A DNA stretch of 21,138 nt, taken from the UHGV virus genome UHGV-0785298; one strand, given 5' to 3'. Origin of the DNA: a virus. A program made the translations under genes and the position numbers. Positions within the stretch are counted from its first letter, which is position 1; every line of letters starts with the position of its first letter. This document shows, piece after piece, positions 13,598 to 21,078 of this stretch. The notes beneath the pieces were generated by a model, which was not told where the DNA came from, ran no database searches, and saw only the letters and a list, made by a program, of their open reading frames with translations.

Positions 13598-14833
13598 TCA
13601 GCGTTTCAAGAGTGCCATGAGGTTGACGCTGCTGGACTTCGACTTGTCCTCAACCTTGCGCACAGGCATCTTCAGGTTCGTACATACCTCGGATGGTTCC
13701 CAGCGCGTACCCTTTTGCAGGTGCCAGATATGCAGAGGAACACCAGTCTCAAAGAACACAGGCATCTTCCACTTCTGGACGCCTGGAACGTGCCCTGCAG
13801 GAGCCTTTTCGCACAACAGGGTATCTGGTAGCCAGAGCGAACGGGCTTCCCAGAGCGCTGCGCAGGAGTATTCAGGCCAGACGCGTTCCATGTAGTCTAT
13901 CTCATCCCAGGTACGCTCTGCGTCCCACCCGATGTAACGGGTATTCTTCAGTCGGAAGAATTTCTTCAGCCAACAAGCACCGGAGGTTTCAAAGTTCAGG
14001 CGGTTGATGAACGTCAGGTGCCCGAACTCAGCCACACAATCTTGGAACGCCTGCTCAAGGTCGGCCTCAAGGATGTCACACTCTTCATCCGTGATAGGAC
14101 AACCGTTGATCTTTTTCTTCCCGTGTTTAGTCACCCAATCGTCACGGTTGGACAAGAACGCCGCTCCATTACGGTTGGACTCGCTTCCATCACGATCACG
14201 CAACATGAAGCCAGGGACGTCAATGGTGTATTCGTTCCCGAAGACCATGTTCAGGGCTTCCAGGAAGTTCCAGGCGCTCAGGCGACCGAAGTATTTCCAG
14301 GACATCGCCGTGTCCCACAGCTGGGTGAATTGTTCTGTCTTATCGATACACACCAACATCCCACGGAAAGCGTCATATTGAGTACGGCCAGCCAGCCAGT
14401 CAATATAGGACTGAACACACGGAATCATCTTGGACTTGCGGTAGCGACAGTCGGTATCGAATCGCATGCGATCAAAGTTCAGATTATACCAATCAGAGAA
14501 GCGCTGCATCTCTTCCTTAGACTGAGGCGGCACAGGGAACTCACTGTAGATAGTCCACGGCCCGACAGCGTTATAGCAACAACCCCACAGGAATGCCATC
14601 CAGATCTTGCGCTCGACTTTCTGTTCGAGGCTGATACCTTCAGTGACTTCAATCGCATAGTCCATCAGACGCATCTGCTGGTTGTGCTCTTCTGTGTAGG
14701 ACAGCGCCTCCACCCAAGCCTTGAGCAAGTACATGCGATTCTCAGGCTTGCGATAATCAACAGCCAGGTCAATCGGGTACTTCCATTCAGTCGGAGGCGT
14801 ATAGCCCGTCGGCATTTTAGATAGATGCGTCAT
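13598..14833 (-). CDS. hypothetical protein, Trp/Cys-rich, enzyme-like
   Basis: 411-aa ORF, ATG at 14833 with GAGGAAG upstream; it overlaps the end of the upstream gene by 17 nt. No motif recognised by eye. Confidence 0.6.
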   Translation of the reverse strand: MTHLSKMPTGYTPPTEWKYPIDLAVDYRKPENRMYLLKAWVEALSYTEEHNQQMRLMDYAIEVTEGISLEQKVERKIWMAFLWGCCYNAVGPWTIYSEFPVPPQSKEEMQRFSDWYNLNFDRMRFDTDCRYRKSKMIPCVQSYIDWLAGRTQYDAFRGMLVCIDKTEQFTQLWDTAMSWKYFGRLSAWNFLEALNMVFGNEYTIDVPGFMLRDRDGSESNRNGAAFLSNRDDWVTKHGKKKINGCPITDEECDILEADLEQAFQDCVAEFGHLTFINRLNFETSGACWLKKFFRLKNTRYIGWDAERTWDEIDYMERVWPEYSCAALWEARSLWLPDTLLCEKAPAGHVPGVQKWKMPVFFETGVPLHIWHLQKGTRWEPSEVCTNLKMPVRKVEDKSKSSSVNLMALLKR

Positions 14834-15173
14834 CTTTCGCTTCCTCTTCAGGAGCCAGCTGAATATCTTCCGGCTTCACGAACCCCATCGGACGTTCCCA
14901 CATATCGACAAAGCGACGGTCAGCGGTCACGAACCACAGACGGGCTGCGGTGTGGGTCTTACTCGAGATGAACATCTGAGCGTTCGTCTGGGTACGGAAC
15001 GGAGCAGCCTGCAACCACTTGCCAAAGTCTTTGGACGACGGATTGGCATTCAGCTGGAACTGAGGGATGACGCAGTTCTTTTCAGGAATCAGACGCACAG
15101 CCGTAATGTGCTTGGCGTTTCCGGTGTAGTCAATTGCGACAGCCACAGCATCGCGAGGGATTTGAATTTTCAT
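14817..15173 (-). CDS. hypothetical protein
   Basis: The ORF track extends to 15308, but that would overlap the upstream small membrane gene. The ATG at 15173 (MKIQIPRD...) forms an ATGA overlap with that gene's stop and has AAGGA upstream; 118 aa. Confidence 0.5.
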   Translation of the reverse strand: MKIQIPRDAVAVAIDYTGNAKHITAVRLIPEKNCVIPQFQLNANPSSKDFGKWLQAAPFRTQTNAQMFISSKTHTAARLWFVTADRRFVDMWERPMGFVKPEDIQLAPEEEAKDDASI

Positions 15174-15367
15174 TTTGGTTCCTTGAATATTTTGTAACCA
15201 GCAGCGCCGATAGACATCACCGCGCCAATACAGTACATCACAGTCACGTTCAACTTCTCTGAGGTTGTTAAGTCCAGAGGGGTGAAATGATAGGCTAGGG
15301 CAGTACACATTGAAACGGCTGCCATAACCAGACCAATGAACAACAGATAATTAGACAACCGTTTCAT
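15170..15367 (-). CDS. small membrane protein (two predicted TM helices)
   Basis: ATG at 15367, 2 nt after the stop of the 531-aa gene (the track start at 15373 is a GTG); hydrophobic stretches LLFIGLVMAAVSMCTALAY and VMYCIGAVMSIGAAGY. Confidence 0.5.
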   Translation of the reverse strand: MKRLSNYLLFIGLVMAAVSMCTALAYHFTPLDLTTSEKLNVTVMYCIGAVMSIGAAGYKIFKEPK

Positions 15368-15369
15368 GA

Positions 15370-16965
15370 TCACCCCTTCTTCATCAGGTCAAGGAGAGAG
15401 CGCGACGCTGCCTTCGTTGCTTCTGGCTGGGCGCTCGCCTTGGTTTTAGTTTTGGATGCCTTCTGTGGCTTCTCAGGGACTCTGTGTGCCAAAGGGTTGC
15501 TACCTCTTATCTTGCGCAGCATGGGATACTGCTCGCAATATTTATGGAATTCATCTTTTGAAAGATTAAGCCCAACAAAGTCAATAACAAAGTCACCGAT
15601 AACCGCCAACGGGGCGTCAAAATATTTCAGGATGTTCCAGCCGACGGCCTTCACACCGTTTCCATTAGCAGCCTTGGCAATGAAGAGTTCATGATTGGAA
15701 TCCGGTTCCAGCTCATACCCAATAGCAGAATATTCGCCCATGATCTTGACATGATCCTTGGTGTATTGATCGTTTCGTCCCCAGCCAGTGTCCTTCGCCG
15801 CCTTACCAGAACGACCGATGATACGCTTGTCGTAATCTTCCCGTGCCTGATAGATGAATGAGATGAATGCCATGTTGTTGAACCCCAAGTCCTGGTGTAC
15901 GAACTTAGGACGCCACCGATGGCTCTGCATCATAGGTTCCCCTTCCAATATGATGGTAGAATCCTTGTATTTCCCTTTGATGTATTTCACCAATGAATTG
16001 GCCATCTCAGAAGTCTTGAGAGTGGAGTGGATGAAGTCCATGGAAGTCCAAGAAGCCAGATCTGATTTGTTGGACACTGTATACTTGCCGATGAACACCA
16101 GATTGATTTCCTTGAACCAAAACCCAACCTGGATCATCTTCTTGTCGAATTCGTATTCTATGAGTTCTGGCTCATATTTGGTTCTCAACCACTCAAGGAA
16201 TTGAACGACACGAGTCCCCTTTCCCGTTCCACTTGTCCCGCGAATAACGACAATACCCGGCGTCACGCTAGAATTTATCATAGTCATAAAACGTTTGTCC
16301 TCTTTGGGAATCCAACCATCTTTAAACATGGCGATCATATTACGAAAGACGCTCTCATCGCCCTTTAGATTACGATACTCTGTGTCCAGTAGTTTAGAAT
16401 ACCACAATCCGATAGATTTGTAACCACATCCTCGTTTTGGCATACAGGTAGGATTCACAGTACCGCCGTTGTTCACCCATCTATCATAGATCCTACGGGC
16501 GTCCTTCCAAACCCACCAATAACCATTTGAAACCATGAATGGGTAGGGAGAATTACCCCTGTTCTCCTTTATTGATTTTATTACACGTTCCCGGTATTCT
16601 GGATCATCCCAAGGATTTATACCAGATTTGTATTTCTTGCCAGTCCTAGCCAACGCCGCCTTAAATTGGTTTGGTATGATAGAATTGTCTCCTCCCAATT
16701 TCAGGTTCAGGCATAATGGGTCCAACAGTAACTCTTCCGTAACAATAATAGACTCCAGGTCGGATGCCTCCAACCTGGTTTCAAACTTTTCTATTATCGT
16801 CTTTAAGAATTCAGAAGCGGGGTGAGATTCCAACAACCTTTTGATGATAACACCAGAACCCATATAGGGGTCTTGTTCGGGGGTGCATGAACAAGACCGA
16901 ATCCCGACGTAGAATCTCCCAGTTGGGACATGAGTTATCCTATATGTGTAATGGTAGCGAGCCAT
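15370..16965 (-). CDS. GIY-YIG nuclease domain fused to a P-loop NTPase/kinase-like domain
   Basis: 531 aa. N-terminus YHYTYRITHVPTGRFYVGIRS...DPYMGSG fits the GIY-(10-11 aa)-YIG spacing and the 'YMGSG' signature of Seg-like phage GIY-YIG nucleases. Mid-protein Walker A IVVIRGTSGTGKGTRVV and a Walker-B-like DSTIILEGEP. Lys-rich C-terminal tail. The ATG overlaps the upstream stop (TAATG). Confidence 0.55.
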   Translation of the reverse strand: MARYHYTYRITHVPTGRFYVGIRSCSCTPEQDPYMGSGVIIKRLLESHPASEFLKTIIEKFETRLEASDLESIIVTEELLLDPLCLNLKLGGDNSIIPNQFKAALARTGKKYKSGINPWDDPEYRERVIKSIKENRGNSPYPFMVSNGYWWVWKDARRIYDRWVNNGGTVNPTCMPKRGCGYKSIGLWYSKLLDTEYRNLKGDESVFRNMIAMFKDGWIPKEDKRFMTMINSSVTPGIVVIRGTSGTGKGTRVVQFLEWLRTKYEPELIEYEFDKKMIQVGFWFKEINLVFIGKYTVSNKSDLASWTSMDFIHSTLKTSEMANSLVKYIKGKYKDSTIILEGEPMMQSHRWRPKFVHQDLGFNNMAFISFIYQAREDYDKRIIGRSGKAAKDTGWGRNDQYTKDHVKIMGEYSAIGYELEPDSNHELFIAKAANGNGVKAVGWNILKYFDAPLAVIGDFVIDFVGLNLSKDEFHKYCEQYPMLRKIRGSNPLAHRVPEKPQKASKTKTKASAQPEATKAASRSLLDLMKKG

Positions 16966-17270
16966 TACACAGCATCCTCAATACGCCAGCTCACGCCGCC
17001 CAGCCAAGGTGCCCAGAACACAGCAACCTGCGGACGACCGTTTTCTTCAAACTTAACTTTATACTGGTCGTCGAAGTTATAGAAGATTTCATCCGATTCA
17101 GAGCGCTGGCCGATCTTCACCAGTACATCATGAAGAGCCTTGGCTGCGCCGATAGGAGTCGGAGTCTCCTGCTGGCGAATGAAGTTGTTCACATGGTTAA
17201 TCACGCCATCCATGTCGCTATCACCGGAACGCTTGTCGGGGATTTCCCCGAACTTATTCTGATCTTGCAC
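16965..17270 (-). CDS. hypothetical protein
   Basis: 101-aa ORF starting at GTG 17270, with a strong AGGAGGA Shine-Dalgarno 4-5 nt upstream and 9 nt after the HAD gene stop. Confidence 0.45.
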   Translation of the reverse strand: MQDQNKFGEIPDKRSGDSDMDGVINHVNNFIRQQETPTPIGAAKALHDVLVKIGQRSESDEIFYNFDDQYKVKFEENGRPQVAVFWAPWLGGVSWRIEDAV

Positions 17271-17279
17271 GATGTCCTC

Positions 17280-18059
17280 CTATCGGACGTATTGATAATG
17301 ACTAATCAGGCGGTTCACCACTTCGACAATATTGCGGTTCAGGAAGTCGAAGTGATTCTGACCTTCTACTGGTTTAATATAAAGCATGTCTTCCGAATTC
17401 GAAAGATCCAGTTTTTCATAATTACCCTGAGGAACAAAGATGACAAAGATGTTGTTCAGACCACACGGCTCGACATACTTCGGATTGTCATCAATCAGGA
17501 CATCGCCAGCCAGCAGATGCTTTTCGTCGGTGCTGACAAACCCGTTGAAGATACCAGGGAACTTATCATAGACAAACTGACGCTTGCTGCGCTCGTGTTC
17601 CGGCTCGCACTTCGACACCGCGATGAATTCAACATTGTCGAAATCTTCAAGCAAGATATCCTTCAGATTTACCAGGAACTCGTAAGCACCGGGGAGCGGG
17701 TTCATCTTGGCGTACAAGTCAGGGCGACGCCACCAATCCATAGGATCGTTACCGCTTGGCACACGTTGTTTGTGCATCCCCAATTGGACTTCATGGTATA
17801 GCCACGCCGGATGCGCACGTTCACGCATCAGAATAGCCAGGTCGCCAGCATGGGACATATAACACTCTTTGGTAATCGGCTGGAACTGGTATGACTTATG
17901 TTCCCCCGTAGCGATAGCAGCGGCGGCGATGTTCTCTTCGTTGAACCACTGCACCCAAGGGGAGAGGCTGTCGACCAACGTCAGGTCAACATCCACGAGG
18001 ACGCGATACAGACCACCGACCTTTGATTTCATATCATAGATACAAACCAGGTTGTTCAT
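17280..18059 (-). CDS. HAD-superfamily phosphatase, 5'(3')-deoxyribonucleotidase-like (NT5C-like)
   Basis: 259 aa. HAD motif I VLVDVDLTLVD (DxDxT); C-terminal KFPGIF...DEKHLLAGDVLIDDNPKY matches the NT5C motif III/IV region (K...D.LIDD.P); PLPGAYEFLVNL is also NT5C-like. The ATG overlaps the upstream stop (ATGA). Confidence 0.6.
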   Translation of the reverse strand: MNNLVCIYDMKSKVGGLYRVLVDVDLTLVDSLSPWVQWFNEENIAAAAIATGEHKSYQFQPITKECYMSHAGDLAILMRERAHPAWLYHEVQLGMHKQRVPSGNDPMDWWRRPDLYAKMNPLPGAYEFLVNLKDILLEDFDNVEFIAVSKCEPEHERSKRQFVYDKFPGIFNGFVSTDEKHLLAGDVLIDDNPKYVEPCGLNNIFVIFVPQGNYEKLDLSNSEDMLYIKPVEGQNHFDFLNRNIVEVVNRLISHYQYVR

Positions 18060-18397
18060 TTGTCTTCCTCAACTTTATCGTAGCCTGTAGCAACACACTG
18101 TTCTTCGGTACAATCTGCATACAGAACGACGGAGGCCTGCTTCACGTAGGTGATGCAGTGGTAAGTTTCGTCTTCCTGGACGGAATCGTCATAGTTGCAG
18201 ACAGTTTGGAGCGGACCCGGAGTAGTGTTGTCCAGTGCTGCATGCGCCTTGATGGTGTCTTCCATCTTGGACACGGCCTGCTCATTGGTGAACGTCGGCG
18301 CGTCAAGGTCTACAGTAGATGCAACGTCCAGAAGGGTGGAACACGCAGTGGTAGAGAAAGCCAGAGCGCACACCAGAAGAATCTTATTGAGTTTCAT
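18056..18397 (-). CDS. putative lipoprotein
   Basis: ATG at 18397 with AGGTGA upstream (the track start at 18406 is a GTG). Signal peptide with lipobox-like LVCALAFSTTAC; the mature part carries four further Cys. Confidence 0.45.
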   Translation of the reverse strand: MKLNKILLVCALAFSTTACSTLLDVASTVDLDAPTFTNEQAVSKMEDTIKAHAALDNTTPGPLQTVCNYDDSVQEDETYHCITYVKQASVVLYADCTEEQCVATGYDKVEEDK

Positions 18398-18426
18398 TTC
18401 AATCACCTGTTTGTCAAAGGGTTAAC

Positions 18427-18446
18427 AGGGGGAATTATATCCCCCT
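18427..18446 (-). promoter_or_regulatory. GC hairpin with a TATAAT loop between the polymerase and lipoprotein genes
   Basis: Stem AGGGGGA / TCCCCCT (7 bp); the loop reads TATAAT on the minus strand; TTCAATAAA lies just upstream on the minus strand, as in the family A hairpins. No U-tract follows on the minus strand, so it is not a canonical terminator for the coding strand. Confidence 0.3.
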
Positions 18447-18459
18447 TTGGTTTATTGAA

Positions 18460-21078
18460 TCAACCTTTCTTCTTTTGCATCATGGCAAGAAGGTTCACAC
18501 GGCGCTTGTGTGACCAGCCGACCACGTCGAGGATAGACTGAATCGGATCAATGAAGGACTTCTCAAAGGCCGCCTGATAATCCACCCATTTGCCCAGACC
18601 AAGCTCCTCAGGGAAGAACTCAGGATATGCGAAGTAATTCTGGCCGAATGGGTTGCCTGGCTTCAACAACACCATCTGTACCTTATCACCCGACTCGATC
18701 ATCGGTAGACCCAGATCTTCGTTCTTCTCAACCAGACGGTTGTAGCCCACACACGCCTTGGCAGCAAAATGAGCACCAGAGATGAACGATCCGTCAGCAG
18801 CCACACACTTCTCTATGTCGGACACGCCGGAAGCCTTGGCGATATCGTCTACAGAGAGTTTCATGTACTCCTCTTTGTACTGGGAGATGAGCGTCTGTAC
18901 TTCCTCTTCGGTGCCGAGTAGGATCTTCTCATAACACTTGACAAGACGCTCACGACACCATTCCGGCGTGGTGGACTTGCGGGCTTCCAGACCTTTGAAC
19001 TTAATCTTCGGCTTCTCGTACTTGATACCCTCACTGTCGTACACGGCCATGGCATACATCTTCTTGGCTCGCCAGACAGCGGCTGACGCAATGACCTCAC
19101 GCTCCCATACCATGCGCTGTTCAAATCCGTTCATGGTGTTACACAGAAGCTGTGCCCACTCATTGGTCTTCGGCTGGTAGTTGTCTTTGATCCATTGGTC
19201 GATATTATCAACCATAGCATGATGGTCAGTAACATCAGGCCACAACTGCTTGACAAGACGCTCAATGCAGATGTAGTTGGAGTCGGTATCCCCTGCGATG
19301 ACGAAGTCCTGGCCTGTTGTACCACACAGCTTGTTCAGATAGTCATCAGTGTAACGCTTGTTCCACTTGTTGATCAGCTGACCGGATGTGGTGATGGCTT
19401 CGGCAATGTTGAGGTTGAAGTACTCTTTGAACCAGACGTTTGAGATCGCGCCATAACCTGCGTTCATCAAGATCTTCAGACCTTGCTGTAGGGTGTCTTG
19501 AGCAACGCCCAGATCTTCCCACTTCTTCATCACTTCGGTCAGGGCATCAAGATCAATGTTCTTGTGCTCTTCATACCACTCTGGGTCATAGTAGCGAGAC
19601 TTCATGGCAGACTCAAGATGGAAGTCGCCCTTCGACATCTCTTTACACCAGCCAGCCCACTGCTCATACTTCAGACCCTTGGCCTTCTCTACTTTACGGT
19701 CGCTGTAGATACCACGCATGATTTCAGACAGGAACGACATCTTCTCGTTGCTGAAGAATTGAACGTTCGGCGTGAACGACACGTTGTAGCGGCGCAGGGT
19801 TTCAAAGTGGAACTCACCCAGGGCAACCAACTCATCAACAACCTGCAGGCGTTCGTCAATCGCACGCAACAGCTTGTCGTGAAGGGCTTTCATCAACCGA
19901 CGTTTGTGCATCGGCGTTGCCATGTTATTCATCTGAGCAGCCAGCTCTTCACACATAGCCTCAATAATCTCGCGGCGCTGGTGTTTGTCGCCAACGATAG
20001 TCTCTGGACCGAGGTTGTACTGCTGAATGATGTGAGGATACAGGGAGTTCAAATCTTCCGAGAAGACCCAGAAGTAGATTCCTGGTGTCACATCCATGAC
20101 GTATGCACCCTCAAAGTCGGTCGGACCATCGTATACACGCTGGATCTTAGGCACTATCCCCTTCTCATACAGACGATAGTAGCACATGGCCAGCCACGGA
20201 GACACAGTGCCCAGACCGTCTTCATAGTTGGACTTGGTGCGGTACGCAAGGACGAACATCAGCTGGAGCAGGCGCAGCTTCTGTTCAAGTCGCCATACCA
20301 GCTTAACGTCTTTGATACCATATCGGGTGTGTTTGCAGTAGTCGTTGAAGTACAGATCAAAGAGCGACTTGCTCTCACTGTAGTCCATCTTCTTCTCACC
20401 CAGCTCACAATACGCAATCCAGTCAAGAGAGTAGCGTTCACGGGTGGTGTACGTGTGTTTCTTGTAGATCTGCATATAATCGAGCATAGGACAGCCCACG
20501 AACTGATACGTCGTGATATCGCCCTTCTTATCGCGAATGATACGCTTCTTAATGATACCCCAAGGACTGAGGCGCGACGTTTCAGCCTCACCCAGAACCT
20601 GATTCATGCGCTCAACAAGATAAGGGCTATCAAACGTCTCAATGTTCCAGCCTGTCCAGCCATCAAACTGACGCTGCGACCAGAAGTCTAGGAAAGATCG
20701 CAGCAGATCCTGCTCGGTGACAAACTCCTTGTACTCCACCTCAAGTCCACCGATCTCCGCGTCTTCTGGATCGTATCTGAACTTCGCACGATCCTTCGCG
20801 CACGGCATACCCCACACCATGAACTTATTGGTCGCCATGTCCTGAAGCTGGATCAGGGTAATGGGGAACGCCGCATTCATGTCTTGGGTGATCTTGCCGT
20901 TGCTGTCAATGATAGGGAACTTATCAGTGACGTTGTTGCTGATAAAGGAACTGGGAAAGTGCTCACGGATGAAGTCATGGTTGGCCAGTACCTGCTGATG
21001 GAAGCGGCGAATGCGCGCCTCATTCCCTTTGAACGTCTGCTGCTCAATGGTTGGGTGAGGGAATGGACCTTTGGTCAT
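18460..21078 (-). CDS. DNA polymerase, family B (T4 gp43-like)
   Basis: 872-aa ORF. Polymerase motifs DLNSLYPHII (A), KILMNAGYGAISN (B), AGDTDS (C). Exonuclease motifs GWNIETFDSPY (Exo II) and YGIKDVKLV (Exo III). C-terminal MVLLKPGNPFGQNYFAYP matches the T4/RB69 gp43 tail as recalled. The ATG at 21078 forms an ATGA overlap with the stop of an upstream ORF. Confidence 0.95.
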   Translation of the reverse strand: MTKGPFPHPTIEQQTFKGNEARIRRFHQQVLANHDFIREHFPSSFISNNVTDKFPIIDSNGKITQDMNAAFPITLIQLQDMATNKFMVWGMPCAKDRAKFRYDPEDAEIGGLEVEYKEFVTEQDLLRSFLDFWSQRQFDGWTGWNIETFDSPYLVERMNQVLGEAETSRLSPWGIIKKRIIRDKKGDITTYQFVGCPMLDYMQIYKKHTYTTRERYSLDWIAYCELGEKKMDYSESKSLFDLYFNDYCKHTRYGIKDVKLVWRLEQKLRLLQLMFVLAYRTKSNYEDGLGTVSPWLAMCYYRLYEKGIVPKIQRVYDGPTDFEGAYVMDVTPGIYFWVFSEDLNSLYPHIIQQYNLGPETIVGDKHQRREIIEAMCEELAAQMNNMATPMHKRRLMKALHDKLLRAIDERLQVVDELVALGEFHFETLRRYNVSFTPNVQFFSNEKMSFLSEIMRGIYSDRKVEKAKGLKYEQWAGWCKEMSKGDFHLESAMKSRYYDPEWYEEHKNIDLDALTEVMKKWEDLGVAQDTLQQGLKILMNAGYGAISNVWFKEYFNLNIAEAITTSGQLINKWNKRYTDDYLNKLCGTTGQDFVIAGDTDSNYICIERLVKQLWPDVTDHHAMVDNIDQWIKDNYQPKTNEWAQLLCNTMNGFEQRMVWEREVIASAAVWRAKKMYAMAVYDSEGIKYEKPKIKFKGLEARKSTTPEWCRERLVKCYEKILLGTEEEVQTLISQYKEEYMKLSVDDIAKASGVSDIEKCVAADGSFISGAHFAAKACVGYNRLVEKNEDLGLPMIESGDKVQMVLLKPGNPFGQNYFAYPEFFPEELGLGKWVDYQAAFEKSFIDPIQSILDVVGWSHKRRVNLLAMMQKKKG

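Noticed and set aside
14018-14824. 268-aa plus-strand ORF
   Set aside because: Antisense to the 411-aa minus-strand gene, which has a Shine-Dalgarno and sits in the co-oriented array; no independent support.
15370-16965. Free-standing homing endonuclease (mobile element) call for the GIY-YIG gene
   Set aside because: The GIY-YIG domain is fused in-frame to a large P-loop domain and the gene is translationally coupled to both neighbours, unlike typical self-contained Seg-type insertions; reported as an unusual fusion instead.
16887-17801. 304-aa plus-strand ORF
   Set aside because: Antisense to the HAD phosphatase and the adjacent 101-aa gene, both of which have good Shine-Dalgarno sequences and stop/start coupling; likely a shadow ORF.
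19498-20691. 397-aa plus-strand ORF
   Set aside because: It lies entirely antisense to the well-supported DNA polymerase gene; its composition is Leu/Val/Arg-rich as expected for antisense of a coding frame, and there is no start context.
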